Part shown: positions 19,266 to 28,322 of the stretch, one piece after another
How positions within the stretch are numbered: position 1 is the first letter of the stretch
Layout: each line of letters begins with the position of its first letter
Notes under the pieces: generated by a model
What the model was told of the DNA's origin: nothing
The model's input: only the letters and a program-made list of their open reading frames with translations
The model's database searches: none
NCBI GenBank assembly: GCA_048937405.1
Contig: JBHLNF010000008.1
Coordinates: forward strand, 64,001-128,000
Direction of reading: 5' to 3'
From: Promethearchaeota archaeon
GTDB lineage: Archaea; Asgardarchaeota; Lokiarchaeia; Sigyniarchaeales; SOKP01
DNA length: 64,000 bases
Position numbers and translations under genes: made by a program

Positions 19266-20767
19266 CCAATATATCTTAAAAGTAAATCTTTTGTCTGCTT
19301 TAAAAAATCTGTTAATTGTTTGTTTATAATTTTTTTCTTCTTTTCATTATCAACTAGAAATAAAATAAACATATTATTTTCTTCAATTTGTATTTTTTTA
19401 AAAAGAATAACTGAATTTGCTACTTTAAATATTGCTTCTTCTTTCTGTAGAGCTTTAAATTTAGAAAAAATTTTAAATAACATTGTAAATTGTGGTGCTG
19501 TTACTTCAAATACATTCATAACTTCAGTTTTCGGTATTTTAATTAAATCCATTGCATCTGTGCTATAGAAATCCGCTAAAACTAATCCATCAGCACTTAA
19601 TAATAAAGTTAAATAAGAATTTGTTGCTAACGAAAAATTTTTTAAATTATGGTTAATCAAATCTCTATTCGGACTTAGTTTTGATATACCAGAGGAAAAT
19701 GCTCTTAAAACTGTAAAAATTTGGAAGATACTAGTAATATATATTTCTATTGTGTCATTGTTGGAGATTTCAGATAGTTTTTTTTTTATATACTCAATAT
19801 TTTCTTTAATTTCTCTTGAATTAATTATATCAGAATCTCCCTTGGATAAAACATATATAATTGGAGTATTTTGATTAAATTTATTTAATACGTTTTTTAA
19901 ATCTTGAAGATATTCAATACTTTCTTCAAATCTTTTGTTATTTTTAATATCGATAAAATAAAAAAGTAAATCTGCTTCATACAAATAAATTTCTGCTTTA
20001 TTTATATATTTCTTTCTAAATGTATATTGCCCTCCTAAATCCCATAAAAAAATTGTTGCTCCCAAAGCTTCTATAGATTTGATACTTGCTCCTGCTGTGG
20101 GTTTTAAGCCAATTAATTTACTATATTTCCGATCCACTGATAATAAAAAACTTGTTTTTCCACTATCATCCAACCCAGCAAATAAAATTTTCATTTTTCG
20201 ATGAGTAGTAATTGGAGTTGAAGGATTTCGCTCAATTTCTATTAAATTTTGTAAAAGTTTATGAAAAAAAGGTAAAGCCTCTTCACGTGGTGGATAATAC
20301 TTTACCATTTTTTTATCAAAAGTTTGGAAAAATTCATATACTATAGGTTTAATTCTATTCATATTATTGTATAAAAAGCTCCGACTATTTTCTTCTACTA
20401 ATATAGAAAATGCTGTAGCTACAGGGTGGATTGAATTTAATCTAATAAAATGGAAGTAAGTAAGAGATGTAGTCTTAAAATCAGGATAAGGTAAAATTGC
20501 GAAATATTGTAATTTTCTAAGATCCTTTTCTTGAGAAATTATTTTATCACTAATAAATAAACTTAAATTTTTTATTGAAATTTGAGTTATATCTCGCATA
20601 CTCAGAACAAGTTCCGTTTCCATCTTTGAGGATTTATCAATTTCTTTTAATTCTTTTTCAGTATAATGCTCTGGAAAGCAATATATAGGTGATGGACCGA
20701 GTTCTCCATATACACTTAAAACAAAACCTTTTAGAATTGAAGATTTGAATAATTCTTCCATTATCAT
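19262..20767 (-). CDS. Longin-like domain + Rag/Arf-like GTPase + roadblock domain protein
   Basis: N-terminal VYGELGPSP; GLDDSGKTS, WDLGGQ, variant G4 SKGD, TSIF; C-terminal LLLSADGLVLAD roadblock pattern. Confidence 0.82.
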   Translation of the reverse strand: MIMEELFKSSILKGFVLSVYGELGPSPIYCFPEHYTEKELKEIDKSSKMETELVLSMRDITQISIKNLSLFISDKIISQEKDLRKLQYFAILPYPDFKTTSLTYFHFIRLNSIHPVATAFSILVEENSRSFLYNNMNRIKPIVYEFFQTFDKKMVKYYPPREEALPFFHKLLQNLIEIERNPSTPITTHRKMKILFAGLDDSGKTSFLLSVDRKYSKLIGLKPTAGASIKSIEALGATIFLWDLGGQYTFRKKYINKAEIYLYEADLLFYFIDIKNNKRFEESIEYLQDLKNVLNKFNQNTPIIYVLSKGDSDIINSREIKENIEYIKKKLSEISNNDTIEIYITSIFQIFTVLRAFSSGISKLSPNRDLINHNLKNFSLATNSYLTLLLSADGLVLADFYSTDAMDLIKIPKTEVMNVFEVTAPQFTMLFKIFSKFKALQKEEAIFKVANSVILFKKIQIEENNMFILFLVDNEKKKKIINKQLTDFLKQTKDLLLRYIG

Positions 20768-21034
20768 AAATAACTATATTTGAATTATAAGATGTAAATT
20801 TCTTTATTTTATTTAAGCAAATTTAATTATTAATAACTGAGTAATTTTTCCCTTTTTAGTTTGTTTTATAAATGTTTTTTCTTTTTTTAAAACACCATTT
20901 TTAATTGTACAACGGTGTTTTAATAGTTATATTTCTTGAGTAAGCCTTAAATAAAAATCTTTCTTCATTATAAATTAATTTTACGAAGTCAAGTTATATT
21001 AAAGATAAAAAAGGAAAAAGGAGAATAAAAAATT

Positions 21035-22390
21035 TTGAAAGCTAAAAGAATAAATTTCGTTTTATTTCTCTTCTTTATAAATATTGGATTTACTTATGAA
21101 TTTAGTCAAATATCTGAGATCTACCAGAAAAATGTTAACACCAATAGAAATTTGTTTATTTCATCTCTTAACAATTCGATTATTTTAGAGTGGAATTTTA
21201 CATGGGGTGGAAATGATAATGAAATTGCTACGGACATTGTACTAGATTCATTAGGAAATATTTATATTACAGGATATGCGAATTATTCGTTTATAGGAAA
21301 TTTTGATATAATTTTAGCAAAATTTGATAGTTCAGGTCAAATCCAATGGAATAGAACATTTGGAGGAGATGGATGGGATAGTGGTTATGATATCGCGCTT
21401 GACTCAAACAATAATATATATCTAGCAGGACGTATAGATCTGAGTGAGGAACCATGGGATAGTAATACAGATCTTATTTTAGTTAAATATAATTCTCTTG
21501 GTGAGTTTCAGTGGAATAAGACTTGTGGCGGAGAAGGAGAGGATACTTATTTAGGGATGACTCTAGATTCAGTTGATAATATATATATTACTGGATATGT
21601 TTCAAACATTAGTGACGGTGATTATCCTGATTTAGTAGTATTTAAATATAACCATTTAGGAAATCATTTATGGAACAGAACTTGGGGGGAACATGGTGAG
21701 GATTATGGATTAGATATTGTCTTAGATTCCTCAGGTAATATTTATCTCACTGGTCAGAGTTTTGACGAGTCTAGTGGGGCAAATATATGTTTATTGAAAT
21801 ATAACAATTTAGGTGAATTTCAGTGGAAAAAAACATGGAATAAGAGTATTAAACATGAATATGGAACGGGAATTGCGTTAGATTCTTCTGAAAATATTTA
21901 TATTACTGGAATTACTCTTGTTGACTCATATCCTAACTATGATATGGTTTTTCTAAAATATAATGCTAGCGGTGCATTGGTTTGGAATCGAACATGGGGT
22001 AAAAAATATTTTGATGCTTTATTAGATATTGCAATAGATTCAGAAGATAATATATATTTAGCTGGAATAGTAAATTATTCGACTGCAAAACTATATGATT
22101 TTTGCTTAATGCAATTCAATATTAATGGTGAACAGCAATTTAATCATACATGGGGGGGGATAAAAAACGATCAGTGCAGAGCATTAACTATAGATTCATC
22201 CAACAATATCTTTCTAGCAGGATACACAGAAAGTTTTGGCTCCGGTTATATTGATATTTATTTGGCAAAGTTTTCTAAGTCAGCTGATAAAAAAGAAAGT
22301 TCAGAAATACATAGTTATGATTTATCTCTTTTAATATTATGTACTATCTTAATTGTAGGGATAATCATTAAAAAGAAATTAAAGCATTGA
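21035..22390 (+). CDS. Secreted SBBP-repeat beta-propeller protein with a C-terminal sorting/TM tail
   Basis: Signal peptide; seven repeats of W-x-x-T-W-G-G...LDSxxNIYxTG...KY; tail IHSYD-TM-KKKLKH. Confidence 0.85.
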   Translation: MKAKRINFVLFLFFINIGFTYEFSQISEIYQKNVNTNRNLFISSLNNSIILEWNFTWGGNDNEIATDIVLDSLGNIYITGYANYSFIGNFDIILAKFDSSGQIQWNRTFGGDGWDSGYDIALDSNNNIYLAGRIDLSEEPWDSNTDLILVKYNSLGEFQWNKTCGGEGEDTYLGMTLDSVDNIYITGYVSNISDGDYPDLVVFKYNHLGNHLWNRTWGEHGEDYGLDIVLDSSGNIYLTGQSFDESSGANICLLKYNNLGEFQWKKTWNKSIKHEYGTGIALDSSENIYITGITLVDSYPNYDMVFLKYNASGALVWNRTWGKKYFDALLDIAIDSEDNIYLAGIVNYSTAKLYDFCLMQFNINGEQQFNHTWGGIKNDQCRALTIDSSNNIFLAGYTESFGSGYIDIYLAKFSKSADKKESSEIHSYDLSLLILCTILIVGIIIKKKLKH

Positions 22391-22580
22391 AATAATTCTT
22401 ATTTTTTTATTTGCTTGAAGATTTAAACCCCATATTTTATACTTAAGTAAAAAATATCCTATCTTTAAATAAAACGAGTATTTTAACGTACTTATTTATT
22501 AATTACTATATATTCTATAATTAAGTAAAGTGGGTATTTTTACTCACTTATTTATTAATAACTTTATATTTAAATCATAA

Positions 22581-23543
22581 ATGTCTTTGAAAAAAATTGC
22601 TGAAAGCATAAGAAATAATCAATATATTATTGAGAAAATGGAAATAAGTCCCATTGTACAGTATATTGATAAAAATTCCTTTAAGAGTAATAAAATATTC
22701 AGTGATATTGGTGAAGATTCTGCTGCAATAAATTATAATGAGAAATTAATATTACTTACAACCGATCGAATTAGGACTTCATTTATTGAAAACTTTCCAT
22801 TTGGAGCTGGATTTAGTTCTGTTTTGGTAAGTGTAGATGACATATATGCATGTGGGGGTTCTCCATTAGCAGCAAGTATTATAATATCGGTTAAAGAATC
22901 TAATATCTGCAATAAACTATTGGAAGGAATTTGTGAAGGTTCACAGAAATTCCAAGTCCCAATCATAAGAGGTCATACAAATGTCAATAGTAAGTATTAT
23001 GAATTAAGTTCTACAATGATAGGTGAAATAAATAAAAGTGATTATATTTCTGCGGGAAATGCTCAGAAAGATGATAAAATTATTTTAGCCGTTGATTTTG
23101 ATGGTAAAATTGGGAAAGCTAGTAAATTTTATTATGATACAACAACATTTAAAGATTCTGAGACTGTATTAAAGAAAAGAAGATCTATGAATGTTTTAGC
23201 TAAAAAACAATTAGTTAATGCTTCTAAAGATGTTTCAAACGGAGGAATTTTTGGAACTTTATTACAATTAATAAAATATTCAAATGTAGGAGCAAATGTG
23301 AATATTAACAGAATTCTAATTCCACCAATATTAATCGAAAATGAATATGATTTAGAAACATATCTTCAGATGTATCTCACAACATCATTTGTTTTAACTG
23401 CTCCAAAAAATAACTGTAAAGAAGTAATTAAAATATTCAATGAATTTGGATTAGAAGCTCAAATCATAGGAGATATTATTAAAGAAAAGAATCTTTTGAA
23501 AATAAATGATGGAATAAATTCAATAGATGTAATACGATTTTAA
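22581..23543 (+). CDS. AIR synthase-related (PurM/ThiL/SelD superfamily) protein, methanogenesis-marker-2/sll0787-like
   Basis: IGEDSAAI, DDIYACGG.PL, RGHT and ASKDVSNGG motifs; no N-terminal SelD Cys/Sec motif. Confidence 0.75.
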   Translation: MSLKKIAESIRNNQYIIEKMEISPIVQYIDKNSFKSNKIFSDIGEDSAAINYNEKLILLTTDRIRTSFIENFPFGAGFSSVLVSVDDIYACGGSPLAASIIISVKESNICNKLLEGICEGSQKFQVPIIRGHTNVNSKYYELSSTMIGEINKSDYISAGNAQKDDKIILAVDFDGKIGKASKFYYDTTTFKDSETVLKKRRSMNVLAKKQLVNASKDVSNGGIFGTLLQLIKYSNVGANVNINRILIPPILIENEYDLETYLQMYLTTSFVLTAPKNNCKEVIKIFNEFGLEAQIIGDIIKEKNLLKINDGINSIDVIRF

Positions 23544-23707
23544 GTATTTTATTCAAAAAGCGATCTTAGATAATAAAAAAAAATCTTTTATATTTTTATT
23601 ATTATTATTTGTTCTAATTTTCCCTATATTATACGTTAATGATTTAAGAGAAACTTTATAAATAATTTCTTTAATATTTTTTAATTAAGTTTTAGTAGTT
23701 GATTTTG

Positions 23708-24022
23708 TTAATTTAGAATTAAATGACAAGTACTACAATATTTACGAGTAGAATCATTAACAGCACCACACATTTGAAAGATAATTTTTTTTGATTTCTT
23801 TACTGTTATTTCCACTTCTTTTTCTGCCTTAAATTTAGCTAATTTTTCTTCTACTTCTCTTGCTTCTTTTTTAATTTTTGAAGTAAATTTATCTAAACGC
23901 TCTTTACCACCGCCTATTTTATCTTTAAGTTTAGATTTAAAGGAACTTTCAGAAGTTTGTTCTTTGTCTGCTGAACTAACCGATGTTTCGTTTAATTCTT
24001 CTTCATTATTGGATTCATTCAT
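23708..24022 (-). CDS. Hypothetical charged protein with a degenerate C-terminal zinc ribbon
   Basis: FQMCGAVN...YCSTC retains three of four zinc-ribbon cysteines. Confidence 0.55.
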   Translation of the reverse strand: MNESNNEEELNETSVSSADKEQTSESSFKSKLKDKIGGGKERLDKFTSKIKKEAREVEEKLAKFKAEKEVEITVKKSKKIIFQMCGAVNDSTRKYCSTCHLILN

Positions 24023-24150
24023 TAAGTTTTATCATTTTATTTAGTTTTAATACATAAGATTAATAACAATTAGATTAATATTTATTTTTATCATAATGAT
24101 TAGCCATTAACAAGTTAAACAATAATGGCTATATTTAATGAAGTATAAAA

Positions 24151-24693
24151 ATGCGTAGGAAAATGATTTTTGATTTCAAAAAGGAATATAATGGTGTAAT
24201 ATCTGTTATTGGAGCAAGTGAAATTGATAAAGATACAAAAAAAAAAGCTGTTGAAATTGGTAAATTACTTGCTCAAAATAGATATATTGTTGCTTGTGGT
24301 GGATTATCCGGTGTAATGAAAGCTGTTTGCAAGGGAGCAAAAATTGAAAATGGATTAACAATTGGAATTATTCCCTACATTGAAAAATCAGCAGCAAATA
24401 AATACGTTGACATTGTTATTCCTTGCCCATTTTCTCAAGCAAGGAATATTGTTGTAGTTCTTAGCGGTGATGCATGTTTAGCAATTAGTGGTAAAGCAGG
24501 GACTTTATCAGAAATCTGTTTTGCATGGATTTATCAAAAGCCAATAGTAGCATTATCTGGTGTAAAGGGATGGTCATCAAAAATAGCCAATCAAAAATTA
24601 GATGATCGAAGATTTGATATAATCTATGGTGTTGAAACTCCTCAAGAAGCAATTTCTAAATTAATTGAATTATTAAATACTCCAAAAATTTAG
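24151..24693 (+). CDS. LOG-family (Rossmann-fold nucleotide-binding) protein
   Basis: CGGLSGVMKAVCKGA, GLTIGIIP, ARNIVVV, GTLSEI. Confidence 0.88.
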   Translation: MRRKMIFDFKKEYNGVISVIGASEIDKDTKKKAVEIGKLLAQNRYIVACGGLSGVMKAVCKGAKIENGLTIGIIPYIEKSAANKYVDIVIPCPFSQARNIVVVLSGDACLAISGKAGTLSEICFAWIYQKPIVALSGVKGWSSKIANQKLDDRRFDIIYGVETPQEAISKLIELLNTPKI

Positions 24694-24851
24694 ATTATAA
24701 GCTCAAAAAAAAATATTCATTGAGAAAATCAATTATATCTGAATATCAATAAGAAATGCAAAAAATAAAATAGTATGAAATAATTTTGTAAATTACAAAA
24801 AGAATATATTTATATTTAAATTACTTTTATAAAAATAGGTGAAATTAGACT

Positions 24852-25823
24852 TTGGAAAAAAATCTTAAACAATCAATATTATACTTAAAGAAAGAGGAAC
24901 CAGAGTTACCTATATCAGTAAATAAGGTTTTATTCACTGGTCTTGATGATGCGGGTAAAACAAGTATTATTTTATCACTTCAAAGAGAGTTTTCTAAAAT
25001 AGCAATATTATCCCCCACACGAGGAGCACAAAGGAGAATATTTAATTTTTTGGGTAAGGAGATATCAGAATGGGATTTAGGAGGCCAATTAGCATATCGT
25101 ATTGCCTATTTAAAAAATCCAGGAAAATATTTTGAAGGTACTGAAATTGCTATATATGTAATTGATATACAAAATAAAGAAAGATTTTCTGAGGCTATTA
25201 GTTATTTTAAAGATGTCATAGATCAATTTCAAAAATTAGAAATAGAACCTCCAATATATGTATTCCTCCACAAATTCGACCCTGCTCTAAGAAGAAATGC
25301 CCAAAATGAGATGGAAACATTAGTTCTTGATTTAAAAGATAAACTAAAAGCAACTGAATATAAAAAAATATTTTACTATGAAACGTCCATTTATAATTTT
25401 GGCTCAATAATAGCAGCTATGTCAGAAATTCTTTTAGATTTGTATCCAAAATCTGAATTAATTGAAAAAACAATTCAAGAATTTGCTAAGAAAGTTGAAT
25501 CTGATGGAGTGGTTATTATCGATGATAATTCCCTCATAATTGGATCATATTATAAAGATGATGAAATTAGGCATCTCCTAAACGCCAGCTGTCCATTTTT
25601 TTTAACTCTTCATGATTCATTCCAATACACGAATCCTGCAGAAGATAAGTTTGGTGATCGGATGTTAATTCAGCGTTTTGGCAGAAACTTCATATTTAAA
25701 CAATTCGAATTAAAGAAAGACATGCCACCATATTATTTACTACTTGTGAAGGAAGAGCCTGTTTTTAATAAGGAAGATCTTGAATCTTTTATTAATTTAT
25801 TAGGGGAAATATTGTACAAATAA
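24852..25823 (+). CDS. Rag-like GTPase with a C-terminal roadblock domain
   Basis: GLDDAGKTS, WDLGGQ, Rag-type G4 HKFD and G5 TSIY, followed by DGVVIIDDNSLIIGS. Confidence 0.85.
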   Translation: MEKNLKQSILYLKKEEPELPISVNKVLFTGLDDAGKTSIILSLQREFSKIAILSPTRGAQRRIFNFLGKEISEWDLGGQLAYRIAYLKNPGKYFEGTEIAIYVIDIQNKERFSEAISYFKDVIDQFQKLEIEPPIYVFLHKFDPALRRNAQNEMETLVLDLKDKLKATEYKKIFYYETSIYNFGSIIAAMSEILLDLYPKSELIEKTIQEFAKKVESDGVVIIDDNSLIIGSYYKDDEIRHLLNASCPFFLTLHDSFQYTNPAEDKFGDRMLIQRFGRNFIFKQFELKKDMPPYYLLLVKEEPVFNKEDLESFINLLGEILYK

Positions 25824-26114
25824 TTCTATTATTTTATAGTAATTGATTAGATAAAATAAAAAGAAGATTCATTAGTTTATAGGTTTTTAAAAAAAAGCAG
25901 ATCAATTCAATTTTAAGGATTTTACATAGGTTCGCTTACAATCTAAAAATATTAATCTTAGCCTTGCTTTTTTAGTAGTAGAGAATTATTACTAATATTA
26001 ATAAAATTTTATTTTTATTTGTTATTTATAAGTTAAAAAATTAAATGTATTGAATTACAAAAGTCTAAATAAACTGTGAAAAAGCTTTAAAAACCAAAAA
26101 GTGGGAAAAATCTA

Positions 26115-27200
26115 TTGATTATATGCCAGAATTGCGGGACTACTAATAATGAGCTTAATACTCGTATTTGCAGGAATTGTGGTTCATTATTACCAATACC
26201 TTCTAAATCTAGTAGGGAAAGAGGAAAAAAAATAATTCTAGAAAAGAAAAAAAAGAAAAAGGAATCAAAAAAAGTTATAAAAGAAACTATAAATTCAGCA
26301 GAAAAATCAAAGGAAGATTTAATACTAGAAGAAATACCAAAAGAAATTGATAGTAATGAAAATCTAGGTGAAATGCATGAGATTCCTACAACATCGAAAG
26401 AAAAATTTATAGTACCAACTCATAAAGAAAAAGAACCTTCAGTTTTACAAGAAATTCCCGCACAGCCTTTTAAAGGTTCAATAATCAATTCCCAAGGTGG
26501 TATAACTAAACCTAAACCTATACCTAAACCTTTACCTATCCCCCCTTCTCGTTCTGAGGATGCAATCACAGATGCTTTCACAGAACTTAAAAGTTCTATT
26601 TTAGAAGAGCAAAATAAAGAACAAGAAATTTCTTTGTCTCCAATTCCTTCAGAGAATACTAAAATTGAAGAATCAATATTAAAACAAAAACAATTAGAAA
26701 AAGATATGACTGACGTTTTAAGTTTTCTTTCCAAAAAAATATCAGTTAAGAAATTAGATATTCCTAAAGCTAAGAAAGAAGAAAAAGAGGAATTAAAGGA
26801 GGAAATTCCACCATCTAGTATGAATGAAATTTTGAATAGATTATTAACTTTAGATTTAAACATTGAAGCATCGGCTATTATAAAATCGGATGGAACAATA
26901 TTAGCCTCAGCAACATCAAATAGAATCTCTGATTCTTTATTTGCAACAATAGGAGTGAACTTATCAATGATAGGAGCAGATATTACAGAAGGATTAAGTG
27001 CAGGTACTTTAAAAGCAATATCCTTAAAAGCAACTGAGGGTGTGTTAGATCTTGCACCCATTGATAAGTCAAATCCAAGTGTTAAGGATATGATTTTAAT
27101 TTTGTTTTCTCATTCTAAAGTAAAAAGTGGAATAATTTCATTTGCCATAAGCATTGTTAAAAAACAGATAAAAGAATATTTAGGTTTAAAAAAAGCATAA
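26115..27200 (+). CDS. Zinc ribbon + disordered linker + roadblock/LC7 domain protein
   Basis: CQNC...CRNC at the N terminus, long K/E/P-rich linker, C-terminal IEASAIIKSDGTILAS. Confidence 0.8.
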   Translation: MIICQNCGTTNNELNTRICRNCGSLLPIPSKSSRERGKKIILEKKKKKKESKKVIKETINSAEKSKEDLILEEIPKEIDSNENLGEMHEIPTTSKEKFIVPTHKEKEPSVLQEIPAQPFKGSIINSQGGITKPKPIPKPLPIPPSRSEDAITDAFTELKSSILEEQNKEQEISLSPIPSENTKIEESILKQKQLEKDMTDVLSFLSKKISVKKLDIPKAKKEEKEELKEEIPPSSMNEILNRLLTLDLNIEASAIIKSDGTILASATSNRISDSLFATIGVNLSMIGADITEGLSAGTLKAISLKATEGVLDLAPIDKSNPSVKDMILILFSHSKVKSGIISFAISIVKKQIKEYLGLKKA

Positions 27201-27235
27201 AATAAAAGTCAACCACAACTTAACTAAAATATAAT

Positions 27236-28030
27236 TCAAATCAGCCTTTTTTGTATATTAATTTTATTAATTTTAATTGTATAAAAATAAGATATATTAT
27301 TTTGTAATTCTTGCAAAAATGAATTCATTTCATAAATTGAAACGAGAGGAATTTGGTTTTCATTAATTCTGAAACTATTATTTTCTAGAGTTAACATTAA
27401 TGGAATTAAAATAAATGGCAATTGTCTTCTCAAATTGATTCTATTCCCTAGCAATGCTTGAACTAACTTTGAGAAGATTTCAGGATTTTTTTTTAGTGCT
27501 ATGACTCGGCGTAGTTGTAAATTAGCAGCTTTGTTTATCAAACTAAATGAATCCTTACGTTTCCATTGTTTAGCATCGATTAATAAAACAAATTTTGAAT
27601 AGATACCAATAACATCAATTTCATAACGCTTTTGGGAAGTTTTCAATTTAAAATTTGATTTATCAGAAAATCTAAAATTCTTTTTAGTAATATAACTATT
27701 TCTTGAAAGAATTTGTTCCACTAAGATTTCAAATCCATTATAATTTAATATTTCAGTAATTTGTTTTATATCAAATTCTAAAATTTTGATGCTCTCAATA
27801 ATAAATAAGATTTTATTGACAACGATGTATTCTTGATAATTTCCTTTCTGAATAGATATGAAATCAAAATTCCCTATAAACGCTGTTAACTCATAATAAT
27901 TGAAATGATTAAAGAAAGGAATTTCTGATTGTGTACACCAGATATCAATAACATTTATATCAGTATTTTGCAAAATATGAAATATTTCTATATAGAATTG
28001 CTTTAATGATAAAAGAGAAAAACATTTCAT
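27236..28030 (-). CDS. PD-(D/E)xK nuclease (Mrr-like restriction endonuclease family)
   Basis: FEILVEQIL, YEIDVIG, LLIDAKQW; the true start may lie downstream. Confidence 0.7.
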   Translation of the reverse strand: MKCFSLLSLKQFYIEIFHILQNTDINVIDIWCTQSEIPFFNHFNYYELTAFIGNFDFISIQKGNYQEYIVVNKILFIIESIKILEFDIKQITEILNYNGFEILVEQILSRNSYITKKNFRFSDKSNFKLKTSQKRYEIDVIGIYSKFVLLIDAKQWKRKDSFSLINKAANLQLRRVIALKKNPEIFSKLVQALLGNRINLRRQLPFILIPLMLTLENNSFRINENQIPLVSIYEMNSFLQELQNNISYFYTIKINKINIQKRLI

Positions 28031-28322
28031 TATTTTAATTATAATATTATCATAAAATAAAAGAAAGAGGGTGATGTAATTCTGAAAAAACTTTTAAATT
28101 AGATATTTATCTAAAATAATTTTGAAAATGTACCATACTTTACTTTTAGAAACATCAATATTTTAAAAGATTCTTTTTTTTAGTTATGTGTTTAATATCT
28201 TTTTTTTAGGATAATTAGAGTTTCAATTTAATGACAGAATAATAATGTTATTTATTATCTCGGGGAATTTATTAATAAAAGTATTATTAATTGTATTAAA
28301 AATATTTTAACTGACTATAAAT

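Noticed and set aside
21190-22270. Periodic sequence as a CRISPR array or DNA repeat
   Set aside because: The periodicity is protein-level beta-propeller repetition inside an ORF.
22581-23543. SelD (selenophosphate synthetase) call
   Set aside because: Same superfamily, but no N-terminal Cys/Sec-x-x-Lys motif and no in-frame UGA.
24096-24131. AUGA followed by a 9-bp hairpin (TAGCCATTA...TAATGGCTA) as a second SECIS
   Set aside because: No GA on the 3' side and no UGA-containing gene upstream; it is at most a promoter-region inverted repeat.
12145-28030. Defence island from the macro domain, LOG-family protein and PD-(D/E)xK nuclease
   Set aside because: The genes are dispersed among housekeeping genes, with no methylase or mobility genes.
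28071-28085. GTGATG-TAATT-CTGA as a C/D box or K-loop RNA
   Set aside because: Too short, with no flanking stem or second box pair.
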